A DNA stretch of 62,532 bases, counting the filler. It is 6 parts of 6 records of this genome, joined end to end, with 100 filler letters (N's around TTAATTAATTAA, not from the genome) between each part and the next. Parts side by side here need not be neighbours in the genome. Positions count along the whole stretch, not along the records: positions 41,233 to 50,333 come from SRR31147125_18063; positions 50,434 to 56,965 come from SRR31147125_18067; 4 more parts are not named here. One strand, given 5' to 3'. The notes below the pieces were generated by a model, which worked only from the letters and a program-made list of their open reading frames with translations, did not search any database and was not told the DNA's origin. The translations under genes and the position numbers were made by a program. Shown piece after piece: positions 43,102 to 54,488 of this stretch; position 1 is the first letter of the stretch; each line of letters begins with the position of its first letter.

Positions 43102-44800
43102 ATGTCAAGCAATCGCCTCGGAGAACTGCTCGTCCGAAATGAAATAATCAACGAAGACCAGCTAAAACGTGCTAGTGAAGAGCAGAAAAAATGGTGGTCG
43201 ACTTGGCTCAGCTCTAATAAAACTTGATTTTATTGACGAAACTGCACTAACCAGCTTTCTTGCCAAGCAGTATGGGGTCCCATTTGTAGACTTGGAAAAC
43301 ATGGAGCTGGACTCTTCTGTTGTCAATCACGTCCCTTCCGAAGTTGCACAAAAATACCAGATAATCCCCATTGAGCGAACAGGTTCCACCCTGAAGATCG
43401 CCATGTGCGATCCTTCCAATATTTTTGCTATTGACGATATCAAGTTCATGACCGGCTTTAATATCGGTGTGACGGTAGCTTCAGAATCCGGCATTAAAGA
43501 AGCCATTGACCGGTATTATGACCAGAGCGCCACGTTTGCGGATGTCATGGGCGATCTCGATGATATCGATCTGGAACTGGTCGATGATTCAGACGATGTT
43601 GATGTCATGGAGCTGCAACAGGCCAGTCAGGATGCCCCTGTTGTCAAGCTTGTCAATCTGATTCTGACCGATGCCATTAAAAAAGGGGCTTCGGATATCC
43701 ATATCGAAAGTTATGAAAAGTCTTTCCGGGTTCGATACCGCATTGACGGTTGTCTTTACGAAACCATGACCCCCATGAAGCTAAGGGCCGCCATCATTTC
43801 CCGGATCAAAATCATGGCCGAATTGGATATCGCCGAAAGGCGGCTCCCCCAAGACGGACGAATCAAAATCAAACTGCCCGGCGGCAAGGATATGGACTAC
43901 CGTGTCAGTTCCCTTCCGACCCTTTTTGGCGAAAAAATCGTGTTGCGTTTGCTGGACAAATCAAACCTGCAGCTCGATATGACCAAACTGGGTTATGAGG
44001 AGCAGGCCCTGAAAGGGTTCAAGGAGGCCATTCATAAACCTTTCGGAATGGTCCTTGTTACCGGTCCGACCGGTTCAGGGAAAACAGTATCCCTTTATTC
44101 GGCCCTCTCTGAACTGAATAAGGTTACGGAAAACATTTCTACGGCTGAAGATCCCGTGGAATTCAACTTTGCCGGAATCAACCAGGTCCACGTCCATGAA
44201 GGCATCGGGCTCACTTTTGCTTCGGCCCTTCGGGCTTTCTTGCGTCAGGACCCGGATATCATCATGATCGGGGAAATCCGTGATTTTGAAACCGCGGAGA
44301 TTGGGGTTAAAGCGGCCTTGACCGGTCATTTGGTTCTGTCCACGCTGCATACCAATGATGCCCCCAGTACCATCACTCGTCTTCTCAACATGGGGATTGA
44401 GCCCTTTCTCGTATCCACGGCGCTGAATTTGGTTTCTGCCCAGAGGTTGGCACGAAGAGTCTGTTCGGAATGTAAGGAAGTGGAGGATATCGGTAAGCAG
44501 GAGCTTATAAGAGCCGGAATCAAGCCCGAAGAAGTTGACAGCGTTGTCTGCTACAAAGGAAAAGGTTGCTCCCATTGTCATGAAACTGGCTACAAAGGCC
44601 GAGTCGGAATTTATCAGGTTATGCCGATGTACGAATCGATTCGTGAACTGGTTCTGGCCGGGGCCAATACAGCGGAAATAAAAAAAGAATCCATGCGCTT
44701 GGGTGTAAAAACCATGCGTCAGTCGGCTTTGACAAAGATGCAGGAAGGTTTCCTTTCTTTTGAGGAAGTGGTGAGGGTGACAGTCGCTGATGACGGCTGA
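43102..44800 (+). CDS. pilB: type IV pilus assembly ATPase PilB; frameshift in an A-run near 43190
   Basis: True start ATG 43102 (MSSNRLGELLV); ASDIHIE, ERRLPQDGR, GPTGSGKT, EDPVE, LRQDPD, TGHLVLSTLHTN, zinc CxxC pairs. Confidence 0.96.
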
Positions 44801-44813
44801 GTGTTTTGGTAAT

Positions 44814-44877
44814 TAGGCTGAAGACTGAAGAAATGTAGGACCAGGGTTTTACCTATTAGTCTTTAGTCTTCAACCTA
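44814..44877. repeat. intergenic inverted repeat built of heptamer units
   Basis: TAGGCTGAAGACTGAAGA ... TCTTTAGTCTTCAACCTA between pilB and pilT. Confidence 0.65.
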
Positions 44878-44911
44878 TTTATCGGTTTTTTACAAACGGA
44901 GATTTCCGATT

Positions 44912-46021
44912 ATGCAAGGAATTCATGAATTACTGAAAGCAACGGTTGAGGCAGGTGCTTCCGACCTCCATATTACCACGGGGGCTCCTCCCCAGATACG
45001 CATCAATGGGCAGATGACTCCCTTGGAGCATCCTCTGTTGCAGCCGGCGGACACCAAGCAGATTTGCTACAGCATTCTGACTGAAGCTCAAAAACATAAA
45101 TTTGAAGAACATCATGAGCTCGATTTTTCTTTCGGGGTAAAAGGGCTGGCCCGTTTCCGCGGCAATGTTTTTGTCCAGCGCGGAGCGCTTGCGGGAGTAT
45201 TCCGGCTCATCCCCTACAAGTTTCTTTCTTTCGAAGAGTTGGGTCTGCCGCCTGTCGCCAAAGAACTTGCCCGCAAACCCCGGGGGCTGATTCTGGTGAC
45301 GGGGCCGACGGGAAGTGGCAAATCCACCACCCTGGCCTCTATCATCGATATGATCAATGCGGAAAGAAATGAGCATATCGTCACCATAGAAGACCCTATT
45401 GAATACATTCACCCTCACAAGAAATGCCTGGTCAACCAGAGGGAAGTCGGCGCGGACACTTTTTCATTTCAAAATGCTTTGAAATATATTCTCAGACAGG
45501 ACCCCGATGTGGTTCTGCTTGGGGAGTTGCGGGATCTGGAAACGATTGAGGCGGCTTTGACCATTGCTGAAACGGGACATTTGTGTTTTGCCACCTTGCA
45601 TACGAACGGTTGTGTTCAGAGTATCAACCGAATTGTCGATGTTTTTCCGACCAACCAGCAGGCCCAGGTTCGAACGCAGCTTTCATTTGTTTTGGAAGGG
45701 GTGCTATCCCAGACACTTGCGCCCAGGGTAGACGGCAAGGGAAGGGTTCTGGTGCTTGAATTGATGGTACCCAATATGGCCATACGATCATTGATAAGAG
45801 ATGACAAGATCCACCAGATCTATTCGCAGATGCAGATGGGGCAGGAAAAATACGGGATGCAGACTTTGAATCAGTCCCTTTTTATACATTTTCATAACCG
45901 GAAAATTAGTCGCGAGATAGCTTTGAGTCGTTCACCGGATGCGGATGAACTTCTCCAGATGATGGCAAACCCGGCCTCGGTGATAAAGCGTATGAAGCCG
46001 GGAAGCGTCTCTGTCGCTTAA
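44912..46021 (+). CDS. pilT: type IV pilus retraction ATPase PilT
   Basis: ASDLH, GPTGSGKSTT, EDPIE, QREVG, LRQDPD, AETGHL, AIRSLIR (AIRNLIRE-like), GMQT. Confidence 0.96.
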   Translation: MQGIHELLKATVEAGASDLHITTGAPPQIRINGQMTPLEHPLLQPADTKQICYSILTEAQKHKFEEHHELDFSFGVKGLARFRGNVFVQRGALAGVFRLIPYKFLSFEELGLPPVAKELARKPRGLILVTGPTGSGKSTTLASIIDMINAERNEHIVTIEDPIEYIHPHKKCLVNQREVGADTFSFQNALKYILRQDPDVVLLGELRDLETIEAALTIAETGHLCFATLHTNGCVQSINRIVDVFPTNQQAQVRTQLSFVLEGVLSQTLAPRVDGKGRVLVLELMVPNMAIRSLIRDDKIHQIYSQMQMGQEKYGMQTLNQSLFIHFHNRKISREIALSRSPDADELLQMMANPASVIKRMKPGSVSVA

Positions 46022-46048
46022 TTTAAAAAATTTAACGGGAGGTTAGTG

Positions 46049-47266
46049 ATGCCCAAATTTGCTTGGGTGGGAAAAGCCCGAAACGGCGATATTGAAAAAG
46101 GCGAAATGGAAGCCACCAACGAGGCAATGGTCATTGCCCAGTTGCGCAAACAGGGACTGATGCCTTCAACAGTCAAGGAAAGAGGCAAGGGCCTTGATGT
46201 TGAATTGAAAATTCCCGGTTTCAAGCCAAAAGTGACCACCAAGGACCTTGTTGTTTTTACCCGGCAGTTTGCCACCATGATCGATGCCGGGTTGCCGCTG
46301 GTTCAATGCCTGGATATTCTGGCGCGGCAGCAGGAAAATAAAACGTTCAAAGAGGTGCTGCAGGGGGTCAAAGAAGATGTGGAGTCGGGCTCAACTTTTG
46401 CCGATGCCCTGAAAAAACACCCCAATGTATTTGATGAGCTGTTTGTCAATCTGGTGGCGGCAGGGGAGATCGGCGGGATTCTGGATACGATTCTGAATCG
46501 CCTTGCCGCTTATATCGAGAAAGCTCTCAAGTTACGAAAAAAAGTCAAAAGTGCGATGACCTATCCTGCCACCATTGTCGGTATTGCTACGATTGTCATT
46601 GCCGTCATTCTGGTTTTCGTCATTCCGGCCTTTGAAAAAATGTTTGCCGATTTCGGCGGCGCTTTGCCGGCTCCCACGCAAATAGTCATCAATCTCAGCA
46701 ACTTTGTTCAAAGTTATATCCTGGTCATAATCGGATTTTTTGTGGCCATGGTCTTTTTGCTCAAACGAATTTACCGGACGAAAAAAGGCCGATTGAAAAT
46801 GGACCAGCTGTCTTTAAAAGCGCCTATCTTCGGGGTTCTGATCCGGAAAGTGGCGGTTGCGAAATTCAGCCGGACTCTGGGGACCATGATTTCCAGTGGG
46901 GTTCCTATTCTTGACGGTTTGGAGATTGTCGCCAAAACAGCCGGCAATAAAGTAGTTGAAAATGCCGTTTTCGAGGTTCGGGAGAGTATCAGCCATGGGA
47001 AGACCATTGCCGAACCTCTTGAAAAATCAGGAGTATTCCCGCCCATGGTCTGCCAGATGGTGGCCGTCGGTGAGCAGTCGGGTGCGATTGACGCCATGCT
47101 CAACAAAATCGCGGATTTTTATGACGACGAGGTCGATGATGCGGTCAATAATCTGACAGCCATGATGGAGCCGCTTCTGATGCTCTTTCTGGGGGTAACC
47201 GTGGGTGGCCTGGTCATCGCCATGTATCTCCCGATTTTCAAAATTGCCGGTACCGTCGGAGGTTAA
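46049..47266 (+). CDS. pilC: type IV pilus inner-membrane platform protein PilC
   Basis: FTRQFATMIDAGLPL, AGEIGGILD, SAMTYP, VGEQSG, MEP, AMYLPIF. Confidence 0.96.
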   Translation: MPKFAWVGKARNGDIEKGEMEATNEAMVIAQLRKQGLMPSTVKERGKGLDVELKIPGFKPKVTTKDLVVFTRQFATMIDAGLPLVQCLDILARQQENKTFKEVLQGVKEDVESGSTFADALKKHPNVFDELFVNLVAAGEIGGILDTILNRLAAYIEKALKLRKKVKSAMTYPATIVGIATIVIAVILVFVIPAFEKMFADFGGALPAPTQIVINLSNFVQSYILVIIGFFVAMVFLLKRIYRTKKGRLKMDQLSLKAPIFGVLIRKVAVAKFSRTLGTMISSGVPILDGLEIVAKTAGNKVVENAVFEVRESISHGKTIAEPLEKSGVFPPMVCQMVAVGEQSGAIDAMLNKIADFYDDEVDDAVNNLTAMMEPLLMLFLGVTVGGLVIAMYLPIFKIAGTVGG

Positions 47267-47277
47267 AAACAGGTTCC

Positions 47278-48981
47278 ATGGCCGTGAGAAAAGCCAAAGC
47301 TCCTACTGAGGCGTTTTCCCTTAACCAGATTACCTGGTACCTGTTTTTTCGGGTTCTTGTTATCACCCTTTTTCTGGGCGGAACGATTGTCTATCATTTG
47401 CGGGGCGGGGTTGAGTCATTCCATCCCGCTCTGGCTCTTCTCTATTTTCTGTTTGGCATTTCTTTCCTGCAGGCTTTGCTTTCGGCGTTTTTATTATCCC
47501 GGATTCAGAAGATCAAGTGGCTTGTGCAGGTTCAGATTGTCTGGGACCTTTTGATTGCCACACTTCTTATTTATGTGACGGGAGGAATAAACAGCCATTT
47601 TTCCTTTTTGTTTATCCTGGTTATCACCTGCGCCAGTATTTTTCTTGGCCGGCACGAAATTTTTGTCGTCGCATCCGCTTCCATTATCCTCTACGGCAGT
47701 CTTCTCGATTTGCAGTATTACGGTTATCTGCCGCAGATAAAAGGTTTGAATTTGCCGCAGCAGATTGATGGCCGCGAAGCTTTTTATGCGGTGTTTATTC
47801 ACTTTATAGCCTTTCTTTCAACCGCTTTCCTCAGTTATCAGCTGGTTGAAAAGTTGCGTAAAAGTGAGATGGCTCTCCGGAAAAGGCAGATTGACTACCG
47901 GGAGCTTGAAAACCTCAACCACGCGATTCTGGTCAATATCACCAGTGGGCTTATGATTCTCGATTCCGAGGGGAGAATACAGTCCTTTAATCACTCTGCC
48001 GAACGGATTACCGGTCATCGTCTGGAAGACATTTTCGACCAACATTTTCAAGAAATTTTTCCGGAGATGGTGGCTTTCAAGAACAGCAGTTTCCGAATTG
48101 TCGAGCGCGAGGATTGCCGGTTTATTGATCCCAAGGGCGACGTCAAAAATATAGGATACACGACCTCCCTGCTACAGAATGCTGAGGATGAAGTTCTGGG
48201 TCTTCTCATTTCGTTCCAGGATTTGACCCGAATAAAAGAAATGGAAGAGCAGCTGAAAAGGTCTGATCGCCTGGCGGCAGTTGGACAAATGGCATCAGGT
48301 ATGGCCCATGAAATCAGGAATCCTCTGGCTTCTATAAGCGGCTCGGTTCAACTCCTTATGGAAGAGAGAAAGTTTTCCGAGGAGGAGGCCAATCTGATGA
48401 AAATCGTCCTCCGTGAGGTTGACCGGCTGAGCAAGCTGTTAACAGATTTCCTGGTTTTTGCCCGTCCCGCGGCACCCAAAAATGTAGAGGTCAACGTTTC
48501 GGCTGTGCTGGACGAACTGGTGGATATGGTTGTTGCGGATACTCGGTTTTCCGAGATCAGGATACGGAAAGCCTATCCTCAGGACTGCTGGATGAAGCTG
48601 GATAGTCAACAGATTCGCCAGGCCCTCTGGAATTTGGTTATCAATGCGGCGGAAGCCATCTCAGGAAAAGGGACAATTTGTATCGGAGTTGATAAAGCTG
48701 CTTCCATCCTCTTTGTGGAAGACAACGGTCAGGGAATTCCGCAGGCAATCCGCTCTAAAATTTTTGATCCGTTTTTTACCACGAAAGATAAAGGCAGTGG
48801 TTTGGGGCTGGCGACAGTTTATTCAATTGTGGAACAGCATGGTGGCACCGTGAATTTCAAGGATGTCAAAGGTGGCGGAACAAGGTTGACCATTTATCTG
48901 CCTGAGGCTTTTGGTAAAAAAGAATTGGTGGAAGAATCGGCTGTTTGTGTTCCACCCGAGACGCTGCCATCGACAGTCTGA
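47278..48981 (+). CDS. pilS: two-component sensor kinase PilS
   Basis: Six N-terminal TM helices, PAS, MAHEIRNPL H-box, NLVINA, DNGQGI, FFTTK, GSGLGL; position after pilC. Confidence 0.9.
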   Translation: MAVRKAKAPTEAFSLNQITWYLFFRVLVITLFLGGTIVYHLRGGVESFHPALALLYFLFGISFLQALLSAFLLSRIQKIKWLVQVQIVWDLLIATLLIYVTGGINSHFSFLFILVITCASIFLGRHEIFVVASASIILYGSLLDLQYYGYLPQIKGLNLPQQIDGREAFYAVFIHFIAFLSTAFLSYQLVEKLRKSEMALRKRQIDYRELENLNHAILVNITSGLMILDSEGRIQSFNHSAERITGHRLEDIFDQHFQEIFPEMVAFKNSSFRIVEREDCRFIDPKGDVKNIGYTTSLLQNAEDEVLGLLISFQDLTRIKEMEEQLKRSDRLAAVGQMASGMAHEIRNPLASISGSVQLLMEERKFSEEEANLMKIVLREVDRLSKLLTDFLVFARPAAPKNVEVNVSAVLDELVDMVVADTRFSEIRIRKAYPQDCWMKLDSQQIRQALWNLVINAAEAISGKGTICIGVDKAASILFVEDNGQGIPQAIRSKIFDPFFTTKDKGSGLGLATVYSIVEQHGGTVNFKDVKGGGTRLTIYLPEAFGKKELVEESAVCVPPETLPSTV

Positions 48982-49439
48982 GATGTTATGTAGTTAAATG
49001 GACTGAAGGTGAAAACAAATATCATCAGTTCTTTGTTATTCTATTATGCGCACAGGTTTCAGTAGCCTTCAATCTGCCTCTCATAAACCTTTAATTCAAA
49101 AAAAGCTAAACCTTTCCTCCGAATACGCCGATAAGACCGAAGAAAAGCCAAAGTCTAAAGATTATTTGTCATTAATTATTGATTATCTCTCACTCTTTAC
49201 ATTTCAAAATTTAAAGATCTTAATGCTTTACTGGTTTTTAGTATTTTTTAGTCATCGGAAAATATTTTTTGATTATTAGCTTTTGTCAGTGGAAATCAGT
49301 GGCAAAGATAGGTGAAATGGAAAAGATTAAAGGTTTTAAATTGTAAGCTCAACATCTAACGCCTAATGTCTGGCACTTAGTCTTTTTGCCTAACAGCCTT
49401 CAGCCTTTGGCCTAAGTCCCTAAAAACGTAAAAAGGAGA

Positions 49440-50333
49440 ATGACTTGGAAGAAAAAATACTCCATTCTGGTCGTGGATGATGAAGAGAGCATGCGCGAGT
49501 TTCTGGCCATTATGCTTCATCGTGAAGGGTACAAGGTAACTGCCGCTGAAGATGGAGCTCAGGCCCTGGTCTGTCTCAATAATAATACCTACGATCTCAT
49601 CATCAGCGACATACAAATGCCCCGACTTGATGGTTTCAAGCTGTTGAATCACGTCAAAGAGCATTGTCCCGAGACCGTCATGATCATGATAACGGCTTTT
49701 TCCACGACCGAAGAGGCTGTGGAAGCGATGAAAAATGGGGCCTATGATTATATTATCAAGCCGTTCAAAAATGAGGAAATCAGGCTGATTGTTAAAAACG
49801 CCCTGGAGCGGAAGGTCCTACGGGAAGAGAATATCGAGCTGAAAAAAGAATTGGGCAAGCGCTATTCTTTTTCGAGCATCATCGGCAAAAGCAAGTGCAT
49901 GCAGCAAGTGTATGATTTGATAGGAAAGGTGGCCGGTACCAAGGCAAATGTCCTGATTACCGGGGAAAGTGGTACCGGGAAAGAGCTTGTCGCCAAAGCT
50001 ATTCATTATAACGGTTGCCACAAAGATTCGCCTTTTGTGGCAATCAATTGCGGCGCTATCCCCGAAAACCTCCTGGAAAGCGAGCTTTTCGGGCATGAAA
50101 AGGGTTCCTTTACAGGGGCGACCAACGCCAAAACCGGCCTTTTCGAGGCGGCAAACGGTGGGACTATATTTCTGGATGAGATCGGTGAGCTTCCTGCCCT
50201 GATGCAGGTCAAGTTGCTGCGTGTTCTTCAGGAGCGTGAAATCCGCAAAGTGGGAGGGACAAAAAATATTCCGGTGAATGTCCGTCTCATCGTGGCGACA
50301 AATAAGGATCTGGAAGAAGAGGTCGCACGGGGG
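49440..50333 (+). CDS. pilR: sigma-54-dependent response regulator PilR, 3'-truncated
   Basis: Receiver (VVDDE, SDIQMP, KPF), [30 protein letters not shown]. Confidence 0.9.
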
Positions 50334-50433
50334 NNNNNNNNNNNNNNNNNNNNNNNNNNNNNNNNNNNNNNNNNNNNTTAATTAATTAANNNNNNNNNNN
50401 NNNNNNNNNNNNNNNNNNNNNNNNNNNNNNNNN
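50334..50433. other. artificial contig linker
   Basis: N-run + TTAATTAATTAA + N-run. Confidence 0.99.
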
Positions 50434-50667
50434 CGTTCCTTCCGGTGCCAGGGGCAAATCAAACACTTTTCTTGTACCGGCAAAATACTCGTTCAACTGA
50501 TGCACGGTTTCGCTGAAAAACCCGTTATCCCCGATCCAGTCCGGTTCCGGCTTGAATGACCCCGTCCTTTTTCCTGCATCGATATGAAGACGGGTGAGTC
50601 CTTCTTCGGTCCCCACAAGGTAGATCCTGCCGATGAGACTTTCCATCACTGTGTAGTATCTTTTCAT
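50434..50667 (-). CDS. ogt: methylated-DNA--protein-cysteine methyltransferase, truncated
   Basis: ESLIGRI...QLNEYFAGTRKVFDLPLAPEGT; coupled downstream of ada-alkA. Confidence 0.88.
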
Positions 50668-52196
50668 GATTCCTTCCTTAACCGTTCCCAGAGGCAGAGG
50701 GCCGCATAGGTGCGGTAGGGCCTCCAGCTCTCGGCGGCTTTTTCAATTTCCCGAATCGTGTGTTTTTCCCCATCCAGCTCAAAGGCCTTGATAACTCCCA
50801 GATCCGCCGCCGGGAAGGCGTCGATCATCCCAAGACCCCGCATGGCTGTGTAATTAACAGTCCAGGGACCGATGCCCTTGAGAGCTGAAAAATCCAGGGA
50901 GAACTCCTCCAGGGTCTGATTCGGATCGAGACGGACCCCATTCTCTTCAACCGCCCGGGCAATGGTTCTGATCGTCTCCTGCCTTCGGCCGGTAATCCCG
51001 AGGCCGCCTAAATCGGCAGAAAGGATCTCCGCCGGGGCCGGAAAAAACCGCTCGAGACCCCCGGGAAAATCAATCGAACGGGAGCCGTCGGCTCCTTCAT
51101 CCTCCTCCCTCCTTACCGGGGGTCCTGCCTTTGAGGCAATCCGCGCGGCCAGGGTCGTTGCAGCCTTTACAGTCACCTGCTGTCCAAGAATCGCCCGGAC
51201 GGCAAACTCAAAGGGATTAAAGGCGGCCGGGAGCCGGGGGACACGGCCATCGGTCAGACCAGGAGCAAGCATAGGATCCGCGGCAAACCGCTGCTCAATA
51301 TCTCCGAAAGCGGTATCAAGATCAAAAACCTTCCGGACCCGGGCGCAGAGTTCCATTGTACAGCGGATATCATCAGTATAGACCGAAAGCTCCAGGGCAG
51401 ACTCCTCCGGATTATCAGTCACCGAAAACCAGCCCCGGGCACCCCGAAGGCGGAAGGTCCGGCGAAACTCTGCCTCGGTCACACACTCCACTCCGGCCAG
51501 AGCCCGGGGGCGCATAAAAGAGAGAATCTGTTTAAAGCCGGGATCGACCCTGTATTTTAAAAGGAAAAGGTTCCCCCGGTTTTTGCCGGCGGGACCGGAG
51601 CCACCGGCCCGGACACCCCGCTTCCGGGTCTGGGTCGGGGTTTCCCCGAAGATCTCCCGGTAAGTGTCATTGAACTGCCGGATCGACCGGAAACCGGAAG
51701 CATCCGCCGCAGAGGTCACCGACGCTCCGGATTCAAGAAGAAACTTTCGGGCGAAAACGGACTTGTGATACCGGGCCGCCTTCACCGGGGGGATACCGAG
51801 GGTATCGATGAAGAACCTGCGCAACTGCCGGGGGGATATATTCAGATTTCCGGCGAGATCCTCGAGGGAGTGGTAGTTCAGGTAGCCGGCGGCAATAAGA
51901 TCGAGGGCCCGCTCAACGACCTCCGCCCCGGCCTCGTAGGTGCAGGACCAGGGCAGTGTCACATCCGGCCGGCACCGGTGACAGGGGCGAAAACCGGCCT
52001 CCAGCGCCTCATAGAGGTTTGCAAAATAGAGGACATTCTCCTCCTTTGCCGCAGGCGAGGGGCAGGAGGGACGGCAGAATATACCGGTGGTTTTCACGGC
52101 GAAGAAAAAGACTCCGTCAAAATTCGCATCCCGCCGTAACCGGGCCCGTAAATACTCCTCCCGCTCCACGCTTTCTTTAGCTGCATCCTTGTTCAT
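50664..52196 (-). CDS. alkA: Ada-AlkA fusion (Ada Zn-binding, AraC HTH, DNA-3-methyladenine glycosylase II)
   Basis: AVKTTGIFCRPSC, GFRPCHRCRP, SGFRSIRQFND, RAILGQQV, LKGIGPWT, DAFPAAD, WRPYR. Confidence 0.95.
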   Translation of the reverse strand: MNKDAAKESVEREEYLRARLRRDANFDGVFFFAVKTTGIFCRPSCPSPAAKEENVLYFANLYEALEAGFRPCHRCRPDVTLPWSCTYEAGAEVVERALDLIAAGYLNYHSLEDLAGNLNISPRQLRRFFIDTLGIPPVKAARYHKSVFARKFLLESGASVTSAADASGFRSIRQFNDTYREIFGETPTQTRKRGVRAGGSGPAGKNRGNLFLLKYRVDPGFKQILSFMRPRALAGVECVTEAEFRRTFRLRGARGWFSVTDNPEESALELSVYTDDIRCTMELCARVRKVFDLDTAFGDIEQRFAADPMLAPGLTDGRVPRLPAAFNPFEFAVRAILGQQVTVKAATTLAARIASKAGPPVRREEDEGADGSRSIDFPGGLERFFPAPAEILSADLGGLGITGRRQETIRTIARAVEENGVRLDPNQTLEEFSLDFSALKGIGPWTVNYTAMRGLGMIDAFPAADLGVIKAFELDGEKHTIREIEKAAESWRPYRTYAALCLWERLRKES

Positions 52197-52336
52197 GTGT
52201 CTAAGGATAGGCGGTCAGCAGGAGAAAAACAAGCGGTTTTCGGACAGGACATTGAAATCATCCGGCCGTACTGACAGGCCCGTACCGTTCGAAATGATTG
52301 ACAGCAGGAACCGGTTACCCTATTATTAAATTTACC

Positions 52337-54487
52337 ATGAAAAACAAAAAAACCACATTTATCTTATTTACAGGTATACTTTTACTATTTTCAACTGCCG
52401 CAGAGAACCTTAGTTTCGGGATGAACGTTCAGCCCCGGTTCTCCGTCCCCGTCGGGGAAAATGCGGACAGTTTTACATATGGTTACGGAGCCGAATTGGA
52501 AACAATGGTCTCTCTAAAGGCCCTGCCGTTTCTATCCCTCGGCCTCGAGGCGGGCTACACCTACCTCCCCCTTGATATCACCCAAAGTGAGGATGAGGTG
52601 GAAAACCCGGAATCGACTCTCTCTTTCATCGACTACGGTCTGGGCCTGCGGGCTGCTCTACCCCTGGGGGAGAGGGTTTCCCTCTATGCCAGGGGAACCG
52701 CTTCGGCCTGTACGATCATCCTGACCGGGCATCTCGATGAAAGCGCGACGACCTTTAAATACAAAGCGGGCGGAGGAATGAGCCTCCTGCTGAACAAGAA
52801 TTTCGCCCTCCAGGCCGCCACGGTATTCAGCTCACTGCCGAACTACTACAACGATGTATCGATCAGCCTTGGACTGACGACCCGCTTTTCAGGCCCCGGC
52901 TCCCACATCCTCCCTAAACGGGATTTCACAACGAACCAGCCGATATTTATCCCCTCCGGAGGAAATATCCAGTTTTACAATGTCGAAATCGCACCTCTCT
53001 TTCCGGTCCTGTATAAGTACTACTTCAACCACCCCGTGGGAACGGCAGTCATCTCCAACACCGGTGACGAACCTCTGGAAGATGTAGAAATCAGACTTTC
53101 TCTTTCCCAGTATATGGACAATCCCGAGTTAAGCGCCCGGATAGAGACCCTTGCCCCGGGGGAGGAACAGACGGTAGACCTGTCGATCTTTTTCAATTAC
53201 TCGGTTCTCTCGATCACCGAAGGCGCCAAGCTTGCCGGAGAACTGAAGGCTGACTATAAAATAGGCGGTCATCAGATTTCCGATACCGCTACCGTCGTCA
53301 TAGACACCTTCGATCGGAACGCCATGCGCTGGGATGATGATCGGAAACTTGCCACCTTTATCACCGCCCGGGATGAAGAGATCCAGAGGTACGCCCGGAA
53401 TATAGCCTCCGTCGTCCGGGATCACTCACTTTCAGGATTCAGTACTGAATTCCAGCAGGGCATTGCCTATCTGGCGGCGATGGATCTCACCGGCTGCGCC
53501 TATGTAATCGATCCCTCCTCATCCTACGCCGAACTCTCAGCCAACACCTCGGCGGTCGATGCGGTTCAGTTTCCCCGGCAGACCCTGGAATACAGGGCCG
53601 GTGACTGCGACGATTTAACAACAACCTACTGTACCCTGCTCGAAGCCGTCGGCGTCAAAACCGCGTTTATTACAGTGCCCGGGCATATCTACTCCGCCTT
53701 CCAGCTGAATATGACGAAGAACGAAGCAGCTTCCGCCTTTTCCCGATCGGACGATCTCATCATCGATGAAGAGGATCAAGTCTGGGTTCCTGTGGAAACA
53801 ACAGCCCTGGGCGAGGGTTTTCTGAAAGCCTGGGAAATCGGTGCCGCCCAGTGGCGGGAGCACAGCCTTAAAGATGCGGCCCGACTGAACCCGACGGCCG
53901 AGGCCTGGTCGATCTACTCCCCCGTCGCCTTCAAGGTCTCGGATTCCGGCGTCGAATCCCCGCCGGCAGAGGAATTCTCATCCGCCTTCAGGCGGGAACT
54001 TGCCGCCTACGTGGACAGGGAAATCGCCGTCAGGGAAGAGATCTACATGGCCAGACTGGAATCCAATCCCGGTCATTCCAGGACCTTGAACAGCCTCGGA
54101 GTCCTCTACGCCCGCTACGATCGGCAGGATGAGGCTGCCTCCTATTTTCAGCAGGCCGCGTCAGGAGAACGTCCCTACGTTCCGGCTCTCGTCAACCTGG
54201 GCAACATGTCTTACCTCCAGGAGGACTATTTTGGAGCCGGCAGTTACTATCAGAAGGCTCTGAACCTGAATCAGAAATCTTCCGGTGCCGTCCTGGGATT
54301 AGCCCGGGTCTCCCACGCCCTGAACAACTTTGCCGAAGCCAGGGAACAATACCGGGAGCTGGAGAAGCTCTCTCCCGACCTGGCCCGCCGGTTTGCCTAT
54401 CTGGACAGCGAAAGCGAAGACCAGAATCGGGCATCGGACTACATACAGATGAGCTCCCGGGTCGCCTGGGATGAGGAGGATGAGTAA
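52337..54487 (+). CDS. exported multidomain protein: putative beta-barrel, Ig-like, transglutaminase-like and TPR domains
   Basis: Signal peptide; amphipathic strands (LSLGLEAGYTY, KAGGGMSL, SISLGLTTRF); QFPRQTL..AGDCDD, VPGHIY, WVPVETT; TPR (LNSLGVLYARY, ALVNLGN). Confidence 0.78.
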   Translation: MKNKKTTFILFTGILLLFSTAAENLSFGMNVQPRFSVPVGENADSFTYGYGAELETMVSLKALPFLSLGLEAGYTYLPLDITQSEDEVENPESTLSFIDYGLGLRAALPLGERVSLYARGTASACTIILTGHLDESATTFKYKAGGGMSLLLNKNFALQAATVFSSLPNYYNDVSISLGLTTRFSGPGSHILPKRDFTTNQPIFIPSGGNIQFYNVEIAPLFPVLYKYYFNHPVGTAVISNTGDEPLEDVEIRLSLSQYMDNPELSARIETLAPGEEQTVDLSIFFNYSVLSITEGAKLAGELKADYKIGGHQISDTATVVIDTFDRNAMRWDDDRKLATFITARDEEIQRYARNIASVVRDHSLSGFSTEFQQGIAYLAAMDLTGCAYVIDPSSSYAELSANTSAVDAVQFPRQTLEYRAGDCDDLTTTYCTLLEAVGVKTAFITVPGHIYSAFQLNMTKNEAASAFSRSDDLIIDEEDQVWVPVETTALGEGFLKAWEIGAAQWREHSLKDAARLNPTAEAWSIYSPVAFKVSDSGVESPPAEEFSSAFRRELAAYVDREIAVREEIYMARLESNPGHSRTLNSLGVLYARYDRQDEAASYFQQAASGERPYVPALVNLGNMSYLQEDYFGAGSYYQKALNLNQKSSGAVLGLARVSHALNNFAEAREQYRELEKLSPDLARRFAYLDSESEDQNRASDYIQMSSRVAWDEEDE

Positions 54488-54488
54488 G

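Noticed and set aside
43102..50333. Conductive (e-)pilus locus
   Set aside because: Gene order matches Geobacter-type pil clusters, but pilA lies beyond the contig end, so nothing can be said about the pilin.
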